Source: an uncultured delta proteobacterium (GTDB lineage Bacteria; Desulfobacterota; Desulfobacteria; Desulfobacterales; B30-G6). From it: a stretch of 64,000 bases of DNA. A program made the translations under genes and the position numbers. The stretch covers positions 32,001 through 96,000 of the forward strand of contig CAWGLD010000007.1 of the NCBI GenBank assembly GCA_963823335.1, read 5' to 3'. The stretch's first letter is position 1. Every line of letters starts with the position of its first letter. A model generated the notes under the pieces. That model ran no database searches, was not told where the DNA came from, and saw only the letters and a list, made by a program, of their open reading frames with translations. Below, one piece after another: positions 50,600 to 60,000 of the stretch.

Positions 50600-51376
50600 A
50601 TGGAAATATCATTAAATGATCTGGGAGTCATTATTACCGCCGGGGCCTCGGGTATTGGTCTGAGCATAGCGGAAAAATTTATTGCAAACGGCGCCAGCGT
50701 CCATGTGTGCGACGTCAACGACCGGTTTTTGACGGAATGTAAAGCAGCCCTGCCAGGCATCGGAACAAGCCTGTGTGATGTTTCTGACGTTTCACAAGTC
50801 AAACAGATGTTTAGCGAAGCCTTGGGCCACCTGGGGAAACTCCACGTCCTTGTCAATGGTGCCGGCATCACCGGCCCCACGGCAAGCATAGAAGATGTTT
50901 TACCTGAAGATTGGGACAAAACCATCGCCGTCAATTTAAACGGCCAGTTCTACTGTTCCAGGGAGGCCATTCCCCTGATCAAGGCTTCCGGGGGTGGCTC
51001 CATTGTAAACATATCCTCCTGTTCGGGACTGATGGGTTCTCCTTTCAGATCGCCCTATTGTGCAGCCAAGTGGGGGATCATCGGTATGACAAAGACGATG
51101 GCCATGGAACTGGGGGAGTTTGGCATACGGGTAAACGCCATTTGTCCTGGAATTGTGGAAGGCTCCCGTATGGACTGCGTCATTGCCACCGATGCAAGAC
51201 ATAAAGGCACCACCGAAGAAGAAATCAGAAAAACATATAAAGCGTGTGTTTCCATGAAGACCTTTGTGACACCCGAGGATGTGGCCGACATGATATTATT
51301 TTTATGTTCCAAGGCCGGCAGTAGAATTTCCGGCCAGGCCATCGGCATTGACGGGAACATCGAAATTCTTCGTTAG
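50600..51376 (+). CDS. SDR family oxidoreductase
   Basis: TAGASGIG, NGAGITGP, YCAAK, RVNAICPG. Confidence 0.9.
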   Translation: MEISLNDLGVIITAGASGIGLSIAEKFIANGASVHVCDVNDRFLTECKAALPGIGTSLCDVSDVSQVKQMFSEALGHLGKLHVLVNGAGITGPTASIEDVLPEDWDKTIAVNLNGQFYCSREAIPLIKASGGGSIVNISSCSGLMGSPFRSPYCAAKWGIIGMTKTMAMELGEFGIRVNAICPGIVEGSRMDCVIATDARHKGTTEEEIRKTYKACVSMKTFVTPEDVADMILFLCSKAGSRISGQAIGIDGNIEILR

Positions 51377-51387
51377 AATCCCTATGC

Positions 51388-51440
51388 TGAGCCTCCACCC
51401 GCGGAGCGGGTGGGCTCAAGAAGCCCCCTCGAAGGGGGCT
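51388..51440. other. Two adjacent GC-rich hairpins (REP-like or mRNA-stabilising)
   Basis: TGAGCC..CACCCGC/GCGGGTG..GGCTCA and AGCCCCCT-CGA-AGGGGGCT; no U tract. Confidence 0.45.
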
Positions 51441-51490
51441 AGAATATCCAATATCGAATATCGATTACATGAATTTCGAAAGGAATAAGC

Positions 51491-52936
51491 ATGCGTAAGG
51501 TACAACCCCGAATACAAATTCTATCCGAAGAGCAAAAGAAACTGTTTTATGAAAAAGCCCTGTGGATATTGGAAACGGTGGGCGTTAAAGTCGAGTGCCC
51601 GGAGGTGGTCCGGGAATTTGCCGACCAGCCCGGTGCAAGGTGTGAAAATGACGTGGTGAAACTTTCCGGAAAACTGGTTGAACGGGCATTGGAGAAAGCT
51701 CCCCGTCAAGTGGATATATACAATCGGCACGGTGAGCCGGCCTTCAGCCTCGGACCTGATTTTAATCACCATACCCGATTTTCCATCGGTTCACCAACGT
51801 TGAACTACCAACACCCGCAAACACGCGAAATTGAAGAATGGAAGCGATGCCATACCGGATTGATCGCGGGACTGGCCAATAGCCTGGATACCTTTGACGC
51901 CATTGCAACGCCCGGCACGATTCATGATTATGGCCCCGGGCAGGCAGACTATTTTTCAACCCTTGAATTGCTGGCCAACACCCATAAACCTGTAATTCTA
52001 TTGGTATCAAAAGACACGGCCTTTCCCGGTATTTTGAGCTTCATCGAGCACTTGTTTCATGGCATGCGCGAAAAACCGTTTGTAATCCCTTATGTCAATA
52101 ACATTACCCCCCTGGTCCTGAACAAAGGCACCACCGACAAAATGAGAACCGCTTATTCTATGGGGCTGCCGGTAATTTTCAATAATTTTGTCATGGCCGG
52201 GGCCAGCACCCCCATCACACCTGCCGGGTGCATGACCCTCGCCATTGCGGAACTGCTCATGGGCATTACCTGCAGCCAGATGATACAACCAGGGTCAAAA
52301 ATTATCGCCGGCAGCCTTGCCAATTCATTTAACATGTCCACCATGAATGCGTTTTACAGCCCCTCGAGCCTGCTTGTCAGCCACGGAGTTGCGGAAATGA
52401 TGGATTCTTTTGGCATCCCTCACAGCGGAACCTCAGGGAACAGCCTCGGATGGGAAGGGGACCTGATCGAAGCCGGGATCAAATGGCTGAATTATCTGCC
52501 GAGCATCATGGGCAAAGTCGGTCTGTGCCCTTTTGCCGGTCCGGTATTCCAGGCTACCACCCTCTCTGCAACAAGTATCGTACTGGCTTCCGAGGTAATC
52601 AGGGAAGCCCGCAAATATGCCCGGGGGTTTGAATTGGAAGACCATTTCCTGTTGGATGAGATTCAGGAAGTGGGTCACGGCGGTTCCTTTTTAGGCACCC
52701 AGTCAACATTCGAGCAGTTCAGAGACTACCAGCCACAAAGCGACATCTGGCCAAGTCTGACTCTCGAAAGCTGGAAGACTTCCGGCATGCCGACAAGCAC
52801 TCGCATTCTGAGAGAAAAAACACTGCATCTGCTGAACCATCCAACGTTGCCTGCAGATCGTCAAGATGTTCTTGAAAAAGGCCAGGATTATATCACCCGA
52901 CTGGACTTGTCGGGAAAATCAGGCAAGGGAAAATAA
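51491..52936 (+). CDS. Divergent non-pyrrolysine MttB-superfamily methyltransferase
   Basis: LSEEQ...ILETVGVKV, ITPL, AGASTPITPAG, IPHSGTSG-N-S, VGHGGSFLG. Confidence 0.8.
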   Translation: MRKVQPRIQILSEEQKKLFYEKALWILETVGVKVECPEVVREFADQPGARCENDVVKLSGKLVERALEKAPRQVDIYNRHGEPAFSLGPDFNHHTRFSIGSPTLNYQHPQTREIEEWKRCHTGLIAGLANSLDTFDAIATPGTIHDYGPGQADYFSTLELLANTHKPVILLVSKDTAFPGILSFIEHLFHGMREKPFVIPYVNNITPLVLNKGTTDKMRTAYSMGLPVIFNNFVMAGASTPITPAGCMTLAIAELLMGITCSQMIQPGSKIIAGSLANSFNMSTMNAFYSPSSLLVSHGVAEMMDSFGIPHSGTSGNSLGWEGDLIEAGIKWLNYLPSIMGKVGLCPFAGPVFQATTLSATSIVLASEVIREARKYARGFELEDHFLLDEIQEVGHGGSFLGTQSTFEQFRDYQPQSDIWPSLTLESWKTSGMPTSTRILREKTLHLLNHPTLPADRQDVLEKGQDYITRLDLSGKSGKGK

Positions 52937-52944
52937 CATATGGG

Positions 52945-52984
52945 AAAAAAAAGGCCGCACACAAACGTGTCCGGCCTTTTTTTT
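52945..52984. terminator. Bidirectional rho-independent terminator between convergent genes
   Basis: A8-GGCCG...CGGCC-T8. Confidence 0.85.
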
Positions 52985-53000
52985 CAAGATTTAGAAAATG

Positions 53001-54590
53001 TTATACAAACCACCATCGTTCACCGTTTCGCATGCCATCCAGTGCCATGTGACCTGAGATAGGTCCATGTGTCACCTTGCTTGAACTGGCTTCAACCATC
53101 TGATTGAACATGGGAACAACCGTTCCGCTGTCATTTCTACATATTTCCTGCATATCCTCGTACATCTGTCTACGTTTGCCTTCATCCAGTTCTGCTCTTG
53201 CGGCTACCAGCAGTTTGTTAAATCGCTCATTGCTCCAGTGGGTATCATTCCAGGGAGCCCCATCAGCATAGGCAACCGAGAACATCATATCTTCAACGGG
53301 ACGTCCGCCCCAGTAACACATACACCACTCTTTTTTGATCCAGACATTGCTCCAGTACCCGTCATCAGGCTCTCGAACGACATTGATGTTGATGCCCGCT
53401 TTTTTCGCCTGTTCCTTCATGAGCACGGCAGCATCGACGGCACCGGCAAAAGCGGCATCGGCAGCATGCAGATTAAAAACGTGATCCAGCATGCCTGCTT
53501 TTGTCATATAGAATTTTGCCTTGTCCGGGTCATATTTTCGTTGTTCCAGATTTTTTGCGTGGTATTTATTGACGGGTGCAATGGGATGATCGTTGCCGAC
53601 TTCGCCATAGCCGCGCAAAACTTGCTTCAATAATGCTTCACGGTCAACAGCCAGCTTCAATGCCATGCGAACATTATTGTCATTGTATGGTTGTTGATCG
53701 ACAAGCATGGGGATGGTGTAGTGGGCTGTTGCCGTTATACCGGTAACATTTATTCCCGGCATTTTTTTCATGAGATGGACGGTTTTCAGCTCAACACGAT
53801 CCATGTAGTGTATCTGGCCGGTCTTCAAGGCATTTGTCCTGGCATTCGTATCAACGATAGACAAGGTTTCGATCTCATCAAAATGGGCCCTCCCCTCTTT
53901 CCAGTAATTGGGGTTGCGTTTTGCAAAGGACCTGACGCCTGGTTCCCAGGCCTCCAGAATATATCCCCCGGTACCGATGCCCTTTTCGAATTCCGGGCCT
54001 GCAGTTCCGGCAGGGCACATGGTTAAGTGATAGTCACCCAGGATAAACGGAAAATCGGCACTACCCCCGGAAAGCGTAAAAACAACTTCATATTTTCCAT
54101 CGGCTTTAATGGACTCAATGCTTTTCAAGTACCCTTTGGCTGCAGACTTGGAATCTTCACCCAGATGGTGGTTTATGGAAAAGATTACATCTTCCGATGT
54201 CATGGTTTTGCCATTGTGAAATTCTACATCCTTGCGCAGCTTAAACGTCCAGACTTTTGCATCGGGCGTTGAATCCCAGGATTCAGCGAGTTCGGGAATG
54301 ACATTGAAATTGTGATCGATTTCCACAAGACTGTTTCTTATCTGCCAGTTGATGTTCTGGTTCATGTTGGAAGTCAGTGTTGCGGGATCCATGGAGTCGG
54401 TAGTTGACCCGCCGGTAATGCCAATGATGAAGCGTCCACCCTTTTTGGGGGCAGCAGCCTGGGCTGTACCTGCAAGCAGCGCCGGGGAAAGCGTCGCTGC
54501 AAGACCCAGGGCTGAAACCTGTGCCATGAACTGTCGTCTACTAATTTTGTTCTGGTTAAACATTTCAGTTAATTTTGATAGCTCTGACAT
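53001..54590 (-). CDS. Family 5 ABC substrate-binding protein with twin-arginine signal
   Basis: SRRQFM Tat motif and AQA cleavage site, PELAESW, FHNGK, YWGGRP, WNDTHW. Confidence 0.9.
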   Translation of the reverse strand: MSELSKLTEMFNQNKISRRQFMAQVSALGLAATLSPALLAGTAQAAAPKKGGRFIIGITGGSTTDSMDPATLTSNMNQNINWQIRNSLVEIDHNFNVIPELAESWDSTPDAKVWTFKLRKDVEFHNGKTMTSEDVIFSINHHLGEDSKSAAKGYLKSIESIKADGKYEVVFTLSGGSADFPFILGDYHLTMCPAGTAGPEFEKGIGTGGYILEAWEPGVRSFAKRNPNYWKEGRAHFDEIETLSIVDTNARTNALKTGQIHYMDRVELKTVHLMKKMPGINVTGITATAHYTIPMLVDQQPYNDNNVRMALKLAVDREALLKQVLRGYGEVGNDHPIAPVNKYHAKNLEQRKYDPDKAKFYMTKAGMLDHVFNLHAADAAFAGAVDAAVLMKEQAKKAGININVVREPDDGYWSNVWIKKEWCMCYWGGRPVEDMMFSVAYADGAPWNDTHWSNERFNKLLVAARAELDEGKRRQMYEDMQEICRNDSGTVVPMFNQMVEASSSKVTHGPISGHMALDGMRNGERWWFV

Positions 54591-54735
54591 GTTGACCTCC
54601 TTTTCAATTGTTGATTAATAAAAAGATATGAAATGTTCATATGATTCTGCAGGTCCTGCAGACGTGTGATAATAGCTTTCAGCTGCGAGTCTATCCAAAA
54701 CAGACATCACCAGACAGGAACTTGCTTTTTCTAAA

Positions 54736-54780
54736 TTGAACCGAAAAAGCGAACGTATTCCCCGCTGCTTGCAGCGGGAA
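54736..54780. repeat. Dispersed repeat family B (reverse orientation)
   Basis: Reverse complement reads TTCCCGCTGCAAGCAGCGGGGAATACGTTCGCTTTTTCGGTTCAA. Confidence 0.7.
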
Positions 54781-54943
54781 CTTTCAATATGTCAAAATGA
54801 TACCTACGCGTCAATACTTTATTTAATACAGTAAGTTGTGATCATAGCATTCCTCCCCGGGCATTCGATTTTAGTTTTTGCGCGCACAATTGCCGTTTCT
54901 ATCATCGATCGCCGACAACCCAATTCGCACCAGCCAGTGGCGA

Positions 54944-56056
54944 TCAGAAAAGTATCGCTTTCAGGGCAGTCAAAAGGCGGGAGACATTCTCCTGCCGCGC
55001 CGTGTGGCCCATGAGCCCGATACGCCAGATTTGTCCAGCCAAAGGCCCCAGACCGGCTCCGATTTCAATCTTGTACTGTGTAAGCAGCACGCTGCGCACG
55101 GCAGCTTCATCAACACCATCCGGGACTCTCACGGAGTTGAGCATGGGGAGACGATCCGCAGGTGCCACCAGCATGGAAAGCCCCATAGCCTCAAGCCCGT
55201 CCACCAGTTCTTCGTGATATGTCAGGTGCCGCTGATAAACGCTGTCAATCCCCTCCTCCATGATCAGTTGCAGTGCCTGATACAGACCATAATGCATGTT
55301 GATGGGGGCTGTGTGGTGATAGGCACGGGTGGCGCCTTTCCAATATTTCATGATCATGGAAAGATCCAGGTACCAGTTGGGCACCTTGGTTTTGCGGTTT
55401 TCTAAAGCGGCTACGGCCTTTTTCGAGAATGAAAGCGGCGCCAGGCCCGGGGGGCAGGAAAGGCATTTCTGGGTACCGCTGTATAGGGCATCGATTCCCC
55501 ATGCATCCATGGCAATCTCGATACCACCGAGACTGGTAACGGCATCCACCAGATAGATTGTTTCAGAATTCTTTAACAACGCGCCGATTTCCTGCACCGG
55601 GTTTTTCACACCCGTGGAGGTCTCTGCATGAACCACGGCAACAATCTTGTAGGACTTTTTCATAAGTGCTGACTGCACCTCGCCGGTCACCACCGGCGTG
55701 CCCCATTCAAATTCCAGGGTGTCGACACGTGCGCCTAAACGCTGGGCCACATCCTGCATGCGCATACCGAAAACACCATTGATGAGAATGAGCACGGGAT
55801 CATCTTTTTCGATCAGGTTCACAAAACAGGCTTCCATCCCGCAAGATCCGGTTCCCGACATGGGGATTGTCAGTGTGTTGTCCGTATTGAGCAAGGTTCG
55901 AAGGTTCTCTTTGATGGCATCCATGATGCGGATGAAGTAGGGGTCCAGGTGACCGAGGGACTTTTTGGATAGTGCCTCGTAAACCGCATCATGAACACAG
56001 GAAGGACCTGGGCCCATCAACAGAATTTCTTCAATGCCGTCAAGTAAATTGTCCAT
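54944..56056 (-). CDS. Alanine-glyoxylate / serine-pyruvate aminotransferase (class V, PLP)
   Basis: LLMGPGPS, HAETSTG, VDAVTSLGG, SGTQKCL, YHHTAP, WRIGLMG. Confidence 0.92.
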   Translation of the reverse strand: MDNLLDGIEEILLMGPGPSCVHDAVYEALSKKSLGHLDPYFIRIMDAIKENLRTLLNTDNTLTIPMSGTGSCGMEACFVNLIEKDDPVLILINGVFGMRMQDVAQRLGARVDTLEFEWGTPVVTGEVQSALMKKSYKIVAVVHAETSTGVKNPVQEIGALLKNSETIYLVDAVTSLGGIEIAMDAWGIDALYSGTQKCLSCPPGLAPLSFSKKAVAALENRKTKVPNWYLDLSMIMKYWKGATRAYHHTAPINMHYGLYQALQLIMEEGIDSVYQRHLTYHEELVDGLEAMGLSMLVAPADRLPMLNSVRVPDGVDEAAVRSVLLTQYKIEIGAGLGPLAGQIWRIGLMGHTARQENVSRLLTALKAILF

Positions 56057-56186
56057 TCTCAGTTTGATCCTTTCAATTTTCGTGTTTGCCAGTCATAGAT
56101 TTATTTGAAGATGGCTATCCCGTTTATTGAAGCGCGCCCCTCAGCACGATAGGGGGAATGTGCTCATCATTTCCGCTCACCAAAGA

Positions 56187-56930
56187 TTAGCGGGAAGTTC
56201 CCTGGGCGACTGGGCACGCAAACTCGCAATACCGGCAGGGCTTTGAGACCCTGCTGGCCTCTTCGATCCCCATGATCGATCCATCGATCATTTCCGCATC
56301 AGCATCTCGTTGGTCGTTCTCCTTTTTGCAGAACGATCTCGCGAAGGCCCCGCTTCGAAACGCGTCCCTCGGGCATGCTTTGTGGCAAGGCCTGTCACAG
56401 TCATTGCAGGGATGGAAGTCGATGGGACCGGTTGGCGTCAGCTCAGCCTCCATGAAAATGGCCCTCAGGCGAACACGTGTTCCAAACTCCGGTGTGACCA
56501 GGAGGTTGTTTTTCCCGATCACTCCCAGACCGGCCAGATGGGCGGAATCCTTGAGGAAGGCACCACCGTACTCGATCTGATACGGCAGGGAAAGGGCCTT
56601 GATGCCAAGTTCTTCGCCCAGCCATATCCGCAGCTTTCTCGATTGCATCCGCATGATACCATTGCCGGGGGTAAAACCCGGAACTTTCATGCTCCACCAA
56701 TCAAGTACCGGTTTGGATGCGGGGTGAACCAGCGCCCATACCAGCACTGATTTGTGGTTTTGGTTCCATTTCACCTCCTTGTATTCCTGGTAAAATGGTT
56801 TTTTGTCGTATATCGCATAGGAGCTGGACGCCTTCAGGGATTCGATGGTCGCGATTCCCGCCAATGATGCGCCCAGCGCTTTCGCCTTCTCGACGATGGT
56901 TTTCTCTATCCCATTGCCTTCATACTTCAT
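56187..56930 (-). CDS. Epoxyqueuosine reductase / reductive dehalogenase-superfamily 2x[4Fe-4S] protein
   Basis: AHLAGLGVIGKNNLLVTPEFGTRVRL, CNDCDRPCHKACP, CRYCEFACP. Confidence 0.75.
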   Translation of the reverse strand: MKYEGNGIEKTIVEKAKALGASLAGIATIESLKASSSYAIYDKKPFYQEYKEVKWNQNHKSVLVWALVHPASKPVLDWWSMKVPGFTPGNGIMRMQSRKLRIWLGEELGIKALSLPYQIEYGGAFLKDSAHLAGLGVIGKNNLLVTPEFGTRVRLRAIFMEAELTPTGPIDFHPCNDCDRPCHKACPRDAFRSGAFARSFCKKENDQRDADAEMIDGSIMGIEEASRVSKPCRYCEFACPVAQGTSR

Positions 56931-58998
56931 GTGCTTGATTCCTTTTCCCCATGGATTTCGTGTTCAGGCTAATCAGGGCATCGGCCGCAACCACCCCCTG
57001 CCCTTCTGCCTTAAGCAGCAGCGGGTTGATGTCGAGTTCGATGATGGAAGACGGGTCTTTCTCCAGCATGCCGGCAACCGACAGGATAACATCGGTGGCA
57101 GCGTTCAGATCGGCAGGGGGCGCGCCCCGGAAACCGTTTAAAAGCGGCGCACACTTCAACCGGCCCAGGGCATGCAACACCTGCTCCCTGGTGGTCGGCA
57201 TCAAAAGTGAAATACTGTCTTTCATCATCTCCACCAGAATGCCCCCCGCCCCCACCAAAAGATACGGACCGAATTGTTCATCGCGCGCCACGCCGACAAT
57301 CAGCTCCGCCACGACATTGTCCACCATTTTCTCGATCAGAAAAGACTCGCTAAGATCCGATATCTCCTTCACCGCCGTGGACACATCGTCTGCACTGCCG
57401 AGATCGAGCCTGACACCTCCCATGTCGGTTTTGTGTGCAACACCTAGCGCTTTGACGACAACAGGATAGCCCAGCGATTCGGCTGCCGCAACCGCTTCCC
57501 CGGCACTGCGAACGACCCTCCCCTGTGGAATCCGGACACCATGCCGGGCAAGAAGGTTTTTGGATTCGACCTCGTCCAACGTCCTGACACAATTCTCCTG
57601 GTATTGGCTGAAACCCGTGAGCAAGGGTGGGCTGGGAGATCGACGCCAGGCTGATCCCACATTTACGGCCGCCTGGATGCCCGCGATTCCAGCATCGATC
57701 CCGGCTAGCATGGCAACACCCTCTTTCATCAGACGCGCCGCCACCGTTTCCGAGATGGTATCGGAAAAGGTCGCCATCACCGCGGCTTTGGTATTGGTTT
57801 GCTTTGCCGCCCGGACAAAACCCCTCTCGGCCCCGCCCCAGGTCGACTGGTCGCAAAGATCTTCCCTGGGGTAATCGAGCAGACAGAGCGCCAGGTCGAA
57901 ATTTTCCGCCAAAAAGGCGCTGAAATTATCGGCCATGTGCTCCTCGTTATCCCAGTCGAACATCTGGAAATCGAAGGGATTGGCGGCTACCATCAGCTCG
58001 TGTATGATCCCGCGAAGACCCTGGGCTGTCTTTTCAGACAGGGGGGGCATGGTCAATCCCGGGCCCATGGCGTCGGCCAGAAGCGTGAGATCCCCCCCCG
58101 AGGTGCTCATGGCCCCTATTCGGCCACCGCTTAACGGGCCGAGAACGTGCAACACTTTCAGCGCTTCCATGAGTGCTTCCAGAGAATCCACACGCGCCAC
58201 GCCAAGACGTTCGAACAGAGCGCTCACCAGGGAATCGGAACCAGCAAGCGACGCCGTATGCGATACGACTATTTTTTTGGCAGCCTCGGACCGACCGGTC
58301 TTGATAGCTACGATGGGTTTCCCCACTTCTCTGGCAGATTCGACTGCCTCCTGGAAAGCCTTCGGGTCAGACATGGACTCCACGTATATCCCAAGCGCTG
58401 TGACCCGATCCTGCCGGGCAAAGGTGTGGATTGCATCGTGGAGATCGAATTTCAGTTTATTTCCCAGGGATATCATATAAGCGATGGGGAGACCGCGCCT
58501 CTGCATGGTGAGGTTGAAGCCCACGTTGGACGACATGGTGATAATGGCCACGCCCCGGTCAACCCGTCGGCCACCCTGCTGGTCGGGCCAGAGCATGGCC
58601 CCGTCGAGATAGTTGAGGATCCCATAGCAATTCGGCCCCACCAGGGGCATGTCACCCGAAGCCTGCAAAAGTTTGTCCTGGAGTTCGGAACCCTCCTCAC
58701 CCGCCTCGATAAAGCCGGTGGCATAACAGACGGCACCGCCCGCACCCCTTGCAGCAAGATCCCTGACGATGCCGATGGTGAGGTGACGGTTGACCCCCAC
58801 ATAGGCAGCATCCGGGCTTCCGGGCAGGTCCGCCACCGAGCGGTAGACCCTGCGCCCCAGGATCTCTGTTTTCTTGGGGTGGACCGGCCAGATCTCTCCT
58901 TGATACCCCATGCGGTCACTCTGGCGAATCACTTCCTGGGCCTGGGCACCGCCGAAAACGGCAATGGAACGTGGTTTCAAAAGACGCTCAAACGACAT
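56920..58998 (-). CDS. NDP-forming acyl-CoA synthetase (acetate-CoA ligase family)
   Basis: LLKPRSIAV, GPNCYG, phospho-His SHTASLAG, HKTDMGGV, ELDINPL. ATG 58998 follows GGAGG. Confidence 0.88.
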   Translation of the reverse strand: MSFERLLKPRSIAVFGGAQAQEVIRQSDRMGYQGEIWPVHPKKTEILGRRVYRSVADLPGSPDAAYVGVNRHLTIGIVRDLAARGAGGAVCYATGFIEAGEEGSELQDKLLQASGDMPLVGPNCYGILNYLDGAMLWPDQQGGRRVDRGVAIITMSSNVGFNLTMQRRGLPIAYMISLGNKLKFDLHDAIHTFARQDRVTALGIYVESMSDPKAFQEAVESAREVGKPIVAIKTGRSEAAKKIVVSHTASLAGSDSLVSALFERLGVARVDSLEALMEALKVLHVLGPLSGGRIGAMSTSGGDLTLLADAMGPGLTMPPLSEKTAQGLRGIIHELMVAANPFDFQMFDWDNEEHMADNFSAFLAENFDLALCLLDYPREDLCDQSTWGGAERGFVRAAKQTNTKAAVMATFSDTISETVAARLMKEGVAMLAGIDAGIAGIQAAVNVGSAWRRSPSPPLLTGFSQYQENCVRTLDEVESKNLLARHGVRIPQGRVVRSAGEAVAAAESLGYPVVVKALGVAHKTDMGGVRLDLGSADDVSTAVKEISDLSESFLIEKMVDNVVAELIVGVARDEQFGPYLLVGAGGILVEMMKDSISLLMPTTREQVLHALGRLKCAPLLNGFRGAPPADLNAATDVILSVAGMLEKDPSSIIELDINPLLLKAEGQGVVAADALISLNTKSMGKRNQAHEV

Positions 58999-59035
58999 GT
59001 GGTGACCTCCAGGCATACGTTTCACCGTTTTTGAT

Positions 59036-59989
59036 TTACGGGGAATCGATGATAGAACGAATTTCGGCGATATGTACCGGCCGGGTACCACAGCACCCTC
59101 CCACGACCGTGGCACCGCTTTCAATCCACTCAGTTACGTGTAGACCATAACGCTGCGGGTCAAGATCCGGCCGAAAGGCCAGGGTCCCATCGGTTTCTTT
59201 TTCTCCATCGAGTTCCCAGTCCTGTGGGATTGGAGCAAAGGTATTTGCATAACCCCCGATCCATTCGGTACCGGTTGCAGCCAGTAAAGGCATGGCACGG
59301 GTAATGCTTTCCGGCGCACAGCAGTTCACCAGGAACCCATGCACAGGTAAATCCCGCAGCACATTGACGGCATCTGTAATGGATTCACCGCTTCTCAGAT
59401 TGCCGGATCGATCTTCGTGCAGTGTCCAGGCCACCCAGACCGGTTTACCGGTTTCACAGGCTGCTTTGGCTGCAGCGTGCCCTTCCGCAGTGCTGGACAT
59501 GGTTTCACACAACAACAGGTCCACGTGCGGGGCCAGCAGTTCCGCCTGCTCCCTATAGAGGGCCTCTATTTTATCGCCGGGCCCTACCAGATCCGGACGA
59601 AAGCTCCCTCCCAGAGGGGGCAGCGAACCGGCAATCAGGACCTCACGTGACGAGTTGTCACGCGCTTCAATCGCCAGGATACAGGCAAGTGTGTTGAGTT
59701 CGGCAAACCGGTCTTCGATTCCCTCTTTTGCAAGGTCATTTCGGATGACACCATACGTGTTGGTGGTAATGATATCGGCCCCGGCTGCAATGTAATCCAT
59801 ATGGACCTGACGTACCACCGCAGGATCGCTCATCAATGCCCCGGCAGACCAGATGGTCTTCGGCACAGCCACCCCCCTGAAGCGCAATTCGCGCCCTAAA
59901 CCGCCGTCAAGCAGAACCGGCTTGTCTGGAAATTGTAATAATCCCAAGGTTCGTTTCCTGATAAATGAGTTGTATTGCTTCAATCCCAA
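59036..59989 (-). CDS. Homocysteine S-methyltransferase family protein
   Basis: LLDGGLGREL, AGADIITTNTY, Zn ligands VNCC and VGGCCG. Start uncertain. Confidence 0.88.
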   Translation of the reverse strand: MGLKQYNSFIRKRTLGLLQFPDKPVLLDGGLGRELRFRGVAVPKTIWSAGALMSDPAVVRQVHMDYIAAGADIITTNTYGVIRNDLAKEGIEDRFAELNTLACILAIEARDNSSREVLIAGSLPPLGGSFRPDLVGPGDKIEALYREQAELLAPHVDLLLCETMSSTAEGHAAAKAACETGKPVWVAWTLHEDRSGNLRSGESITDAVNVLRDLPVHGFLVNCCAPESITRAMPLLAATGTEWIGGYANTFAPIPQDWELDGEKETDGTLAFRPDLDPQRYGLHVTEWIESGATVVGGCCGTRPVHIAEIRSIIDSP

Positions 59990-60000
59990 AAGTTGAGTTA

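Noticed and set aside
56187-56930. Respiratory reductive dehalogenase RdhA
   Set aside because: Too short, no Tat signal and no rdhB membrane-anchor gene.
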